Assembly (NCBI GenBank): GCA_022813865.1
Contig: JALDZX010000004.1
Coordinates: 186,001-250,000, forward strand
DNA: 64,000 bases
Reading direction: 5' to 3'
Origin: Xylographa opegraphella
Taxonomy: Eukaryota
A program made the position numbers and the translations under genes. This document shows, piece by piece, positions 1-12,613 of the stretch. Each line of letters begins with the position of its first letter. Position 1 is the stretch's first letter. The notes below the pieces were generated by a model. It did no database searches. It was not told the DNA's origin and worked only from the letters and a program-made list of their open reading frames with translations.

Positions 1-86
1 GGGTACGGTAGGATGGCTTCGTTCTAAACTAGTTAACGTAAAAGATAGTATACAAAGCAGCACCGGTCCTTTTCCTATCCCCGCTC

Positions 87-135
87 CCTTCTTCTTCTCT
101 CTCTCTCTCTCTCTCTCCCTCACTCCCTCTTTCTC
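87..135. repeat. (CT)n / pyrimidine microsatellite
   Basis: cttcttcttctctctctctctctctctctccctcactccctctttctc lies immediately 3' of the stop codon of the minus-strand gene at 134. Confidence 0.9.
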
Positions 136-1474
136 ACCGGATTCGAATCGCAGACACGTCCACATTCCCCTGCCCGCCCCACCACACCCGGAACTCCATC
201 ACGTTCCCCGGGTTCGAGACCGTGAACGCGACCGAGAAGCGGCCCCACTGGTTCCCGCCCGCGAACTGGCCGCCGCTCACGACATTGGTGCCCAGCACCT
301 GCGAGGCGTCGTAGTCGTGCACGTCCAGCGTGACGGACAAGCCGGCGGGCGAGGGCGCGCGCAGGAAGAAGTCCGCGACGTAGGAGCCCGTGCCGACGCT
401 CGTGTACGGGCCGTACACCATGTAGCCCGGCGGGGACAGGCCCGCGACGGCGGAGAGGACGTGGTAGGGCCGGTAGAAGAAGCCCGACGGCGTGGACAGG
501 GGAGGCAGGCCGGCTTCGAAGCAGATCCTGGCGTGGGCGCAGAGCGCGAGCACGGAGATGCTGGTCGTCTCCGTGTTGATGAGCGTGGACGCGTCCAGGC
601 GGCCCGTCAGCCAGCCGATGTCCACACCGTTCTCCTGCTGCTGCTGCTCCGAGAGGATGGTCGAGCGCAAGGCGATCGAGTGCTGGAACAGCGTTGCCTG
701 CTCGGCGCCGGACACGCCCGCGTCGAGGAGAAAGTCCGTCAGGATCTTCCACAGACCGAGGTAATATTCGGCCGAGAGGCCGCCGTACGTGTATTGCTGG
801 CTGTTCGAGTCGTACCCCGCGGCCGCCTGGCCCAGAATCCCTTTCCACTCGTCGTAGGCGGAGCCGGGGTCGCCGATGGCGAGATAGTACATGCCCGTGA
901 GCGCATCTTGGTCAGGCGCGGACCCTTGCTGCTGGGGCCAGCCTGCGGCGTTGAAAGCTAGGATCTGCCATCTCGTACTCGCTGCGAAGAGGCCGCCTGG
1001 CTCGGGTGCGCCGTAGGCTGCGGACATGTAGCGGGCGAGCCAATTGTCGTCGAACCAGAACTGGGAGAAGGGCTGCCCACGCGTGGTGCCGCCGACGCCT
1101 TGGCCGTTGTGCTCTTCAAAGGAGACGCCGGAGACGGTCGTGGACTCGTAGGGCAGATTGAAAAGCACGTTGCCGTTCGGATCCGCGCACGTGGCCGGGT
1201 TGTCGCCGTTGGCGTAGGCCACGAGTTGGTTCAGCTCGCTCTGAGGGACGTTGTAGTACCCGTAGATATTCTCGAGCCCGGTATACTGCCGCCACGTGCC
1301 TTGGTCGCCATAGAGGTAGGATACGGCACTGAGACCTTGCGGCTGGTGGAAGCCGTAGCCATTATACTGGATAGGTGAGGCGAAGATCTGGCCTGGCGCA
1401 CCGGGCACAGGAGATACGGAGTTTTGCGCCGCCGCCAACACCGACAGCGACAGGAGAACACGAGAAACTTTCAT
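134..1474 (-). CDS. Secreted protein of unknown function (446 aa), intronless and GC-rich; C-terminal beta-sandwich resembling a galactose-binding/CBM-like domain
   Basis: ATG at 1474 gives the signal peptide MKVSRVLLSLSVLAAAQ. The ORF is uninterrupted with strong G/C third positions. C-terminus reads YGPYTSVGTGSYVADFFLR...VTLDVHD...FSVAFTV...MEFRVWW. Confidence 0.8.
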   Translation of the reverse strand: MKVSRVLLSLSVLAAAQNSVSPVPGAPGQIFASPIQYNGYGFHQPQGLSAVSYLYGDQGTWRQYTGLENIYGYYNVPQSELNQLVAYANGDNPATCADPNGNVLFNLPYESTTVSGVSFEEHNGQGVGGTTRGQPFSQFWFDDNWLARYMSAAYGAPEPGGLFAASTRWQILAFNAAGWPQQQGSAPDQDALTGMYYLAIGDPGSAYDEWKGILGQAAAGYDSNSQQYTYGGLSAEYYLGLWKILTDFLLDAGVSGAEQATLFQHSIALRSTILSEQQQQENGVDIGWLTGRLDASTLINTETTSISVLALCAHARICFEAGLPPLSTPSGFFYRPYHVLSAVAGLSPPGYMVYGPYTSVGTGSYVADFFLRAPSPAGLSVTLDVHDYDASQVLGTNVVSGGQFAGGNQWGRFSVAFTVSNPGNVMEFRVWWGGQGNVDVSAIRIR

Positions 1475-2491
1475 GGCGCTATTATACAGAGAAGACACGG
1501 TTCCTCCCCTGAACAGGAATCGATTACATACTTTTGAAATTCCCTCGAAAATAGGATTGCTATATAGGCAGTTCTTGGGTGTTGAAAGCTTTTGCACTCC
1601 TAGAGTGGAGGCTGTCGGTGCCGCCGACCCACATTGTCGTCGTGACTGCGTCGTTTCCACAATCGACGTTACAACGCAGCAAGAACGCCTTGCCTACCTT
1701 GCTCCCATGCACACCGTAGGCTGGCCGGCTGCGCGCTGAAAGGGGAAGGTTGCGAGAACGGTAAAGAGTGATGATGGGGACTGATTGGCTCTCTTCACGA
1801 GCTCGCTTGGTTTTGCTGGATGAGGGCGAGCATGAGCGCAATTGCGACATCGACCTTTGCAGTGGTGTTGCTTGGCGCATGGTTCGGTACAGCATCGAGC
1901 CTTGTCTGCATCGAACTGCTCTCGTGGGCCGGTTGACGACGCTTTTCGAAGAAACGTGAGATGGGGAAGCTGTACTTTTGAAGATAGATGTCGGCACTAA
2001 GATAGCGCCTCGTCCTTCGACTAGGACTGCCCAGCCCAAAGTGCGCGCGCCTCGAGTTATCCGTCGATTAAAGGGACTTATTTCAAATTGATATGTTCTG
2101 TTTGAAGTCCTAAGCGTAATTAATTGGTTTCCTGTGGGAGCATATCACTACACACTTCCTTCACTATTGTTCAAGCTCGATCACAATTGAGAAGGATGAT
2201 GGACTTTTCGGATATATTACGGAACGGCGTACTGAGTATTTTACAAGCCAACTATGGCACTTCCTTGTGGCCAAGAGTCGTACGGAGACGGCCTTTGGCC
2301 TTTCAAAAGCGGTTATAATCGATTAAGCCCCGGACGCTCGTATCGGCCTTTACAGCTTTGGCAATTCGGAAGTCAAGATACCCCTGAAATATTAACTGTA
2401 CCTTGGCAGACGATCTGTCTGGTATCCCGGTAGGATTTTTATGCTGGATAAGAAATTTACGCCGATTCAACATTTAGAGCCGAATGCAAGC

Positions 2492-5021
2492 TTAAAGTTC
2501 CAGATCATTTCTTGCCTTTTCAAGTACAGTCTCCATTTGAGAATATAGCGCTTTGTTCTCTCCGTGCCAACGTTTGCCATCTGGAAAGATGTACCTGCGC
2601 AGATCTCGGATGCAGGGGGCCAACGGCTGGCAAATTGAAGTGAAGCCGGCAGTGGACTTGCTGAAGTCTTCGTCCTCGACAACTAACCCTTTTTTCACCG
2701 GCGCCAATTCTTTGGTGTCTGCGTATTTCCACTTCTTATATTCGGGAACAATCCCACGTTTCGTATCCCCTTTCTCATTCCGACCATCGTAATGTATACA
2801 TATCCAGAAAAGTACCCAGAAGAATGACTCCAGATCATGCATAAAGCTATGAGGCTCGCCAAGAAGTGCCCCAATAGCTATAAAGATCTTGGTGCCGGCC
2901 TTGCTAGGTGCGCTGGAAGCTTGATCATCGCTTGTCTTAATGGCAAGATCAAGATCGATGAGGAAACCGTCGTCTTCTTTCCCAGTAAGCATTATATTCC
3001 CGATCGATATGTCCCGATGAAGGATTCCAGCGTCCAGTAAACACTTATGCCCTAACCAAGTTAACGAGATGTTGTTGATGCTTCTGCCGACCACATACCG
3101 TAGATAGCTCCGATAAATCCACTGATAATAGCTATCGGAGACGAGGCTTTGTAAATGGGCTTGCCAGCGTCTTTGGTGATGACACGCCGATGGACTCGCT
3201 TATGTGTAGGCGTCTCTGCGTCTGTGGCCAGCCGGCTCGAGCACGATCTCTTATTGCTAGCTGGCGGCGCCATCTGGGCCAAACTTGATGATGAAAGACT
3301 TTTGCTTTGACCTCGGCTTGCTACGGATTTCCTTAACGACCCTGAGGCGGGCAATAAGGGTTCCTTAAAGGGTCTCTGCCTGAATGTTGTTCGACCACAT
3401 GTTTTCATCAGCCCTTTCCTTACATTTTCTAAGGTATCATCATTCTTCGCGCCAACCTGAACCGTCTCGTGGTGATAGTACCGGGCGATGTTTCGCACGC
3501 CTTTATCCGTTGCCTCCTTAATAAGCTCCCCTTCTTCAGGTCGTTCTTCATATTGCCATGAGTCCTTGACGATAAGAGGTTCTCTCGATTTATCCCCATC
3601 GGGATATGCCCTCCAACAAGTGATCGCTCGACCAACAATTACCGCTTGTTGTTTGATATCCTCTGTAAGAATAAGTCGTTCGATTTTATTATTTCGGGTG
3701 ATCTTTATGTAACGCTTGCCGTCTGATCGCTGAATTATATGATCATAACCGAGCTACTCGTCATTCATTAGGAAATAGCCGAGCATGATACGTGTGAATT
3801 TTAATCCGTCTTGATTGATGTCGAAGGAGGAAGATTCAGAGCTGCCCTATCGGTCAAATAGCTATAGACGCATCATTGACCCACAGAGTGTAAACCCCAA
3901 AACGAATCGCCGGTCTTGTGTGTAAAAAACTTCTCGAGCGTACGTAGCGAGGTCGACCCATGCCGGGTTCTGCGCGTCCTTTACAGGGTTACGTTTTAGT
4001 TCGCCAGCCACAAGGATCTGAGTCCAATTGGGTATCAGATCACCGATGATTTCTTTAGCCTTGCCATCTTCATGACAAGCCACGATACCAACGTCTATCT
4101 TCCGTTTGTTGGTGGATCCAGCCAGATAGATGCCCGGTCGTTGGTAGATCCGCCGGCTAGCTGCACCATGGACGCCACGTTCGTTCATCCAGGCCGTGCA
4201 ACTCTCCATGAGGTCTTGGAGCCATTTCAGTACGAATTCCTCCTCAACACCTTGAGGCCACCTGGCCCACCCGCTGCCTTCCTTATATAGCGGTGTTTCT
4301 CCTTTCACACACAATTTAAAAACCGCCTCTGTTAGTTCATCGAGTTGTGGGATAAGTCCGAAGACTGCATCGATAAAGTCTGGAATATCGATTCGGAGAC
4401 TCGGAAATAGTTCTTGTTTCAGCGCATCATCGACCTGCTTCCTGTGTTCCGAGGTGTTTTTCCAAGGAACCAGTGTTGGAGGACCAAGGCGTCTGCTGGA
4501 ATGATGATGTGAGCGAGGAACAAGACGGTGGGTTCGTAGATTGGGGTAACGGTCTTGTTCGTGCAATGAGGTTCAAAACAGTTAGCCATATGTCTATGTC
4601 GCTGGTCTGAGTAATGATGTCGCTACTTTGAGTGACTACAAGCTTTAGCAGTGGCGCGACAGATTTGGCGTTTATTTGGTTTGTAGAGAGCTGGCTGTAA
4701 ATAAAAGCAATGTTGCCGCTGAGAGGTCCATCACTGCTCCGTGAGCGAATATTTCGAGCGGCTGGGTGAACTTGAAGTACCATAATGAGATCAAGGATGA
4801 CATCCTTCTCTCCTGTCACTCATTAGCTAAGCTCTTGAATCCATTAAGTATCTCTCACCTCTGTCGGCTGCCTCTGACGTGAGCCGATTAACAACATCTG
4901 TTACGTCGACATTTTGGCTCGTAAGGTATTTCGAAGCGAATGTCGTACGAAAATCATCCAGCCCTTTTCCAATAGGGTGGGCTGCGATAGCCTCTATTTC
5001 ACTCTGCGCGAGCTCAGCCAT
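2492..5021 (-). pseudogene. Fungal-specific protein kinase (FunK1 / Pkinase_fungal) pseudogene
   Basis: Family motifs GELK, RRFVLGFTLCG, VKDSWQY, RYYHHETV, LHRDISIGNIML, GFLIDLDLA and HDLESFFWVLFWIC. Introns at ~4858-4813 and ~3098-3052. Frameshift near 4460 (NTGS|NTSEHRKQVDD) and in-frame TAG stops at 3862-3864, 3847-3849 and 3754-3756. Confidence 0.88.
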
Positions 5022-6485
5022 ATTATAAGAAGGCGCTGCTACAATGAAGAGGATAGTGTTGCAACGCGAATGCCTCCGTACCGTAAAACACGTTAATGCA
5101 AGTCGGAGCGTTGATCTGATTTCTCATTTACAATCCTCCTCGAGAGAGGAGACAAGGGATGGCGCAGAATTTGAGAACGCTTTACCTTATAGCGACAATC
5201 AGCATCACCACTCTGTTAGAGTGTATAGCGCATATCAGAGAACCAAGCAACATGCAAGAGTAGGTCTATAAGGATAGACAGTGCGTTAACGACGTTTCAC
5301 ATTATTATTTTATGGGATGAAAACTGAATGAACTATCAAAGTGGAAGTCGGTAGCATTCACTGGAAATGAAAAGTAGTATGGTCCAGAGTTTTCGATTTA
5401 TAAAGGAGCACGGTACTTGTGACACTCCGGCGCGAAAATGCGCTCCGTTTATGACGCAAGCCTGATCTCAAATATATATATTCTTATTTCTTCGAGGCGG
5501 AATCTACGATCAGGGCAAAAGGATGATAAATTTATATCGTTCAGGAGCCGTCTTATACATACATGATATAAGCCAGACTATCTGTTACATGTTGATGCCG
5601 TTACTCCGTATTGGTACCTTCAAATCACGCATTGAACGTCGCATAATTATTGTGCAGCACGTGCAGCATTAGAACTTATCCCACCCCTATTTTGGGTCTC
5701 GGCACACTAACTTCCCAGTCCAGGAAGTTTCCCTCGGGCTAAAATGTCGGGGTGCCTCGCAATGATTTAATTTACGCGTTATGCATGCTTTCAAGGGAAG
5801 CCTTGGAAGCACCAGATCGCAGCAAACAGGACCCGCGTTCTCAAGGATCGAACTGCGGACAAGAAACAGCAGTTCAAACAATCCGCGCTCGGGTTCATCC
5901 TGCAGCGTCAATTCGCCGTCACCTCGGGGCACATCCTGTGCGAGCGAGTCGATTAATTCGAAACGTTTCTTCCATGCCGAATAAGGACACCGTGGGGGAG
6001 ATGAAATTCATGCGCTATCGATTACGAAACTTCCAGGGGCCGTTGCCCTCGTGTGTGGCGGCTTGTCGATATGGGGACGTTTGAAGAGCACCCATTGCTG
6101 AATGGAATCCAAGGAGGGCTCACCAGGATTGGTCTTATAGCCATCTACGCATACCTATCATGTTGGCCTCACGAGAGAATCAAACCGCCATTGACATAGA
6201 AGCTGCACCCATTGAAACATCGCTGGTGGCGGCGTGCGCGTTCATTCGTCGATCTGACAACGCGCTACCTTTTTCCGGTGTTTCGACTTAATGCCCGCCA
6301 ACCAATGGCTGTGCCTTTGACCCCCGGACAAGAACAACATCAATGCTCCCTCCAATGTCCGGCGTCAATCGACCCTCCGCGCAGCCAAGTCCTCAGAGAA
6401 ATAGACACACTCCCCTTTGTGTCAGCTTTCCTCACATCCTGCCCCTACATTGTCTGCGCCTCCCTGTTTGTCGTTGCTCATCAAG

Positions 6486-6546
6486 GTATGTATATATCCG
6501 CTCTCCCTCTTCACCATTGAGGCTGATTTTCCGTCTTTTGGATTAG
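6486..6546 (+). other. Probable 5'-UTR intron of the thaumatin-like gene
   Basis: AAG|GTATGT...GCTGAT...TTAG lies about 190 nt upstream of the ATG at 6734. Confidence 0.5.
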
Positions 6547-6733
6547 GCGTCGCGATTCCGTGTAGCACGTTTCTTACTGTCATTCCTTTCAGTACGTTGC
6601 CGGTTGAGCTTGACGCTCTTTAGACTATCACACTCCTTATATCGACCATCTTTATCGTCGCCTTGAAATCGAATATCTAGATCACAATACCGCTCATTTC
6701 TGGACAACAAGTACAAGAACCAAAAGCTCCACG

Positions 6734-8023
6734 ATGAAGTGCTCATTAACTATCGCGTTCTCGCTCCTGGCTATCATAAGTCCGAGTTCGGCGCTCGCGC
6801 AGGATTTTCTGCAAGAGATCGATCAGGGCAACGGTGTCTTTGGCGTTGGAGTCGCCGCTCCAGGTTTGACATCCCTCACAGGCTGGGTTTCGTCCCACAA
6901 GTCATCCCGAAATCGAAGCTGATCTGTTCTCGCAGCTGCTCCTGCTGCACCAGTCAATGCTCCAGTAGTGGCACCTGCTCCCGCTCCACCAGCACCAGCA
7001 CCTGTTCCTCCACCAGTAACATCAGCGATGCCTGCTCCCACACCTCTAATCGCACTGGCACTACCCGCGAGCAGCTCTACGACTACTACGACAACTCCCT
7101 CCCCAGTCGTAGCTGCTTCGCCTACAACCTTGATCCCCATTGCCACCGGCATCAAGCCTGTGAACGAAGCTATCGTAACCTCGAGTCCTCCTGTCGCCAA
7201 AGCCCCGGTGCCTTACACTGGCTTCGTCGACGGCTGCACCTCTGTCAATACTCGCTACCTCACGATCCATGTGACCAACGCGTGGACCACCCCTCTGACT
7301 GCCTTCCTCGGCTCCAACTACGGCGCCCCTACGCCCGTCAACAACCCCGCGCCGACTGTCCTCGCTCCCTCCGCTGCGACCTCCTACGTCTTTCCCCCAT
7401 GCTGGGCTGGTCGAATCTCCTTGGACCCTTCATCAGATTCAAATCCGTATGCTAGCAAAATCGAAGGCTCTGTCGGTAGCAACGAAACCACGGAGCTCGA
7501 TCTCGATGTGTCCTACGTGGATGGCTACACCGTCCCCATCACCTGCAGCTCCGGCAACACAGTTGTCGTCGGCTGCAACATCGACCTCTTCGCTCATGGC
7601 GAATGCGGCACCGACAAGGAAGTGTTGGACGACAACGGCACCGGGTGCCAGAATCCCATGAATGACCCGGTCGGTAACGGGCCACCAACCAAGTTCTTCG
7701 CGCCCTGCGCCGGCGCGGCGTACACGTACCCCAACGACAACGACGCCAACAACGGCAGTGTGGATGATACGGTGTCATGCTGCATCGGCACGAACTGCAA
7801 ACCGTCGAACAAACAAGGCCTGGCTAAAGGTTCAAAGAGGGATATGGCCGCATCGCTACAAAGAGCGACATTCTTACTCAACCGAGAAGCGAGCGGGACG
7901 GACATCATGGCCAAGAGCCCGAATGTGGCGGCTCGGAGTCCGGAAGCGGGTGCGGGCGCGCACCTGAGGTCGCATAAACATCGGCACGGGTTGAAGAAGA
8001 GGCACGCGCATCATGTCAGCTGA
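6734..8023 (+). CDS. Secreted thaumatin/osmotin-like protein with Pro/Thr/Ala-rich linker
   Basis: Signal peptide MKCSLTIAFSLLAIISPSSALA. A 72-nt intron at 6864-6935 removes the in-frame TGA. Thaumatin-type motifs WAGRI, DVSYVDGYTVPITC, GCNIDLF and CAGAAYTYPNDNDAN. Confidence 0.85.
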
Positions 8024-10760
8024 TGGCGTTGTGGTTTGGAGGAGAGGGGTTTTTTAAGCAATGTGTGTATATCTATCTGTTGACGTATCTTGCGTTTTGT
8101 TATGATGCAGCGAGCTTGGATATATGGGGTTGCTACTTCAAGGCGGTTGACTTGTGCATACGATCTCTTTCTTCACATGGAGGCGGCTTGGGGGTTTAAC
8201 TCGGGGGAGGGCTTCTCTCTGGTAGAGTGGTACCGCGATGGGAGGGGGAGCTTTTCTCGTACATAGCTTAGCGGAGTGGAAATGAATCGCTTACCGATCG
8301 AGTGTGTGTCGTCGTCGTCGTCGTGAATATTGTAGGTCTGCATGACTGGGTGTGGGGGGACGGGAGTGGCGGGCGGGAAGGATGAGGCGGGGGTGTGTGT
8401 GTGTGTGGTATATCTGCAGGCTGCTGTTGTTGGCGTTGTTGGCATGAATAAGGTTGGAAGGTTGGAAAGGATGCACAAGTCGGCCGTTGCTGTGGAGCAC
8501 TGCGGTGTAGGGGTTGGGTGGGTGGGCTTGTGTGGCGGAGTTGCAAGCTGATGGATGGGGGTGGCCTGAGGATGCGTGCTGACGGGTTGGGCATAGGTAG
8601 GGGTGCAATTCGTCACACAGAACGCTCAAGGGAGATGGGTTGGTGGAAAGGCTCCCTGATTTCGTCAGAATTGCGCCCCGGGCTGTCGTTCCTTGGAGAT
8701 GGACTCTCTCACGAGGCTTCTGTGTTCAGGGGAGCCATACGGGAGAGGATAACGGGCCGGAAATTATCCTAGCCCGGAGCAAAAAGTCAAAGGCATCAAA
8801 TTCATCAAAAAGCCTCGCGATATTTTTTCTTCCGGTTCTAGCGAGTCTTTGATGCTGGTCCTCGAATGATCTTTATTAATAGTGCGCCGCGGTGGTTCGA
8901 CTGGCTGCTCTACAGCCGTTTCATGTTCTCCAATCGATGCGTTCCCCCCCTCGTCCGGCTGCGACAGAAGACTTGTCTGCAGCAGATGGCAGTTCCGTCG
9001 TGGATCAGGCACCCCGATCGAGCTTGACCAATGAATCTTGACGACATCACCTGGTTGGTCTGTTCTGTCGTTCGTGGAACGGCAAGCTCTCGGCGAATCC
9101 ATTGTAATTACTGCGCGCTGCTCATGCCGCATTCCTGCCTCGTACGGTTTCAACATGTCACGCAATATCTCGCTCAACTCCCTTATGCTCAATGTCATTC
9201 GGTGTCGAAGTCCCAAGGCATCGTGCAGCAATAATAAATCATAACTTCAGCTTGCGGTTCCCACATTTCCCCATTCCTGCGGTGGCTCAGCCGATCAGAG
9301 TTTGTCGGTCAGGATAATTGGTTGGGAAGTATACATCATACATTACTTTACTCTAGTATAGAGTACCTACAGAACGCAGCGTTATGTCCGTCGATATTGG
9401 GATCAAGCCCAGACCGGAACGTGGTAGCAGCACAATTTGTGAGGACAGAAATGTAGGTAGATTGGAGGCCTCGATCCTCATGAATTCAACGGTCATGCAC
9501 AGGGAATGCCCTTTATCTGGCGCAGTCTGGATCCTGCCTAAATTCCATTCTTTCTCGACGTCTGACTTGATGGAGGTCTCCGCTTGTAAGATATTAAAGC
9601 AAATACTGCAGGCAAAAGAAGCAACTATACTGGGTCCAGAGTCACATATGGATTTTCCTCAGATGTGGAGGAAAGGTGAGAGACAATGAGTAAGACGACG
9701 AAGAGGAATATCATCTGCACAGAAATGTACCCGTGCCTAAGCCCAGTATAGAAGCACAATGACCTACATGAATACTATACGCCCGTAAAGAAGCTCATCC
9801 GCGAGGACTTCCGCTGTGAACGAGCGAAAGCGTGGCCAATAAATTCCGCTCCAGCCGAGGCACGGCTGACGAGAGGTCGTTTTCGCGGACGGGATGAGAA
9901 GTGCATGCGTGATAGCAAATACACCTGGCCACCTTGTCGTGCGGCTCATATTAGTAATCAGAACACTAGCGGCTGCCAAACTCCGAGGCAAATAGTCGTC
10001 CCAAGCACTAAGCCGGAGAGGCTTAGTGCGTCACCCCCTGAGGCAAACCCACCGCAGTGTCAACTTCAAAGCTTCCTCTCATAACTTATCACCACGATAC
10101 AAAAATGCCGCGATTGTGGGTCTCAGTGCTTCAATAGCCAGCTATGTTAGCACTACCGTGCAATATCCCATGTGAGCATGACTGACAGACTGCGCAAACC
10201 TCCAATCCACGGCAAATTGCATGATCACTCATCATTATGGCCTGCGTCCTTGCCGAGGCATTCATGACCGAACTGCTGTTACCTAGCATTGGCGGAGGCG
10301 TCCACCGCGGTAATGTACTAGCGACTGTAGGTCTCTAGTGCGACCTTCAAGACGCACGCTTTCGACATGAAAGCATGAGAGCTATGATGAGTGAACCGAC
10401 AGTCTTACGGCAATCCTTGATCCATCGGCACACGAGTGTGGTTGGCTTTCATTACTCGCGTCTTATGCAAGCCATGATGTATCACAGCAGCGTCCAATTC
10501 GGGTTTATGCTGCTCTATCGCGCTCTGGTTATCCAGTACATCCACTAGCGATGGCTGTATCAGGAGCCAGCAGCGAAGCTAGTACCCTAGCTTCTTTTCT
10601 CTGTCTTGTTATTTTCTTTTCTTATATCTTGTTTAACGATTTAACTTTTAACATCTCTCTCAATGATCATCTTGATGCTTAATTTCTGATCCTATTCAGT
10701 ATGTTAACATGTTGAAGACGGTATTGGCCTGAACAGGGGCACTTCATACAGACCTTTTGA

Positions 10761-12454
10761 ATGTCGTCCACAGTAACGCAAGCATTAGAGAAAGATGGCG
10801 CATGCGCTGAGTCGAATACGCCTCTTATCGCTCTCAAAGACTGGGACGGTCCAGGAGATCCAGGCAATCCGAAGAATTGGAGCTTTGGCACAAAGGTCTA
10901 TGCTACGGCAGTCCCAGCTCTTTTTGCGTTCGTGGTGTACGGTCACTCACTCAAACGCAATGCAGTCTTCACCTAACAATGCCTAGGACTTTTGGAACTT
11001 CTGTCTATAGCGCTGGGCTCGAACAGTTAATGCAGCAATTCCACATAAGCCAAACGGTGGCGATACTTGGCATTTCATTATATTCTATGGGCATCGGTAT
11101 GTGCACAAGTAGAAACCGAAGTAATGCTTGAGTTCTGATTGATGAAAAGCTTTCGGACCCATGGTCGGCGCTCCAATATCCGAGGCTTTTGGCCGCAAAA
11201 CAGTCTATCTCACCACAATGCCACTCTCAATGCTGTTTATGATGGGTTGCGGACTTGCTCAAAATGCCAGAACCTTGCTCGTCTGCCGCTTCCTGACAAG
11301 CACATTCGGTGCTCCAGCTGTAGCAGTAGGAGCCGGTACTGTGTCCGATATCTGGGAACTTCATCATGGTGGCGGCCTTGCAAGTATGCTTTTCATCATG
11401 TCGCCATTTGTCGGGTCGTCCTTGGGACCACTGGTTGGAGGGTATACCTTGGAAACGAGAGGTGACTGGAGATGGCTCATGTGGGTCATGATTCTTGTCG
11501 CTGGTCCGATCTGGGTCATGTCTTTCTTTTTCGGTGAGACGTCGAAAAAAGAACTACTCCGCCGCCGAGCTCACGAACGAGGGCTTCCGGTGCCTCCAAA
11601 ACCACCCGCCCTGGTTGCGTTGAAAATGCTGTTTGTCATTACTCTCTTTCGACCAATTCGAATGCTGTTCGTGGAGCCAATCGTAATGTCCATCTCGATT
11701 TATGTTTCATTTGCGTTTGGTGTTCTCTTTGCTTTCTTCGTTGCCTACCCGAACGTCTTGGGTAACGTGTACGGATTCAGCCTTGGTCAGACTGGCTTAG
11801 CGTTTATAGCAATCATCATAGGGGTTATCTTGGCAGGAGTGACATTCGCGATCCTTGACAAGACGTTTTATGCGAAAGCAAAAGCAAGAGCACCAGCGGG
11901 AAAGACGCCGCCTCCAGAGGAGAGGCTATACACGTCTATGCTGGGGTCTCTGGGCATCCCAGTAGGCTTGTTTTGGTATGTTTTCGAAATCTGCAGAATG
12001 CGCTTCGTTCCTATGGATATCGACGTATGACTGCTGATTTGAGGTTCTGTCGGAAGGTTTGCCTGGACAGCTCAACCATCGATACACTGGATCTCGCCCA
12101 TCCTGGCAGGAATCCCCTTTGGCTGGGGGATAACGTGCCTATTTGTGAGCATTTTCGCCATCGCTTTAGTGTGCTCGCTGATATTTTCTCAAGCTTGGAA
12201 CAATGACCTACCTCATCGATACCTACCAAGCCTCAAACGCGGCCTCCGCCGTCGCCGCCAATGGCCTATTGCGGTATACTTTCGGTGCAGTGTTCCCTCT
12301 CTTTACATTACCAATGTACTCGAAGCTGGGTATAGGATGGGCTGGTAGTCTGCTTGGCTTCATAAGCCTGCTGTTGCTGCCAATACCGTGGATGTTGTAT
12401 AAATGGGGTCCGTACTTTCGCAGCAAAAGCTCGTATGAGACAGGTCAGTTCTGA
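10761..12454 (+). CDS. MFS multidrug transporter (DHA1 family)
   Basis: DWDGPGDPGNPKNWS N-terminal motif, APISEAFGRK, GPLVGG, WRW, PEERL and YLIDTY. Four GT-AG introns at ~10936-10986, 11097-11149, 11976-12056 and 12145-12193. Confidence 0.93.
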
Positions 12455-12613
12455 ACAAGAGATCTGCGGTCCGGGGGGGCCTAAGAACGGACCGATTTGT
12501 GTGGCTGACTGATAATTATTGAAATACTGAGCATCAATGAGAGCAATTTTTAACCGTGAAGCCTTTCTGTGAGTACACTGAGCATCCGTACCCTTTTCTC
12601 CCGCCTGGCCTGC

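Noticed and set aside
120..961. Overlapping long ORFs (120-848 minus, 317-961 plus)
   Set aside because: Shadow frames expected from the high GC content of the real gene at 134-1474.
3754..3864. TAG stops in FunK1 rescued by A-to-I editing (UAG>UGG) or by a variant genetic code
   Set aside because: Only one of the three stops sits at an expected Trp, the gene also has a frameshift, and TAG serves as a normal stop in neighbouring genes (thioesterase, dehydrogenase, RPL32).
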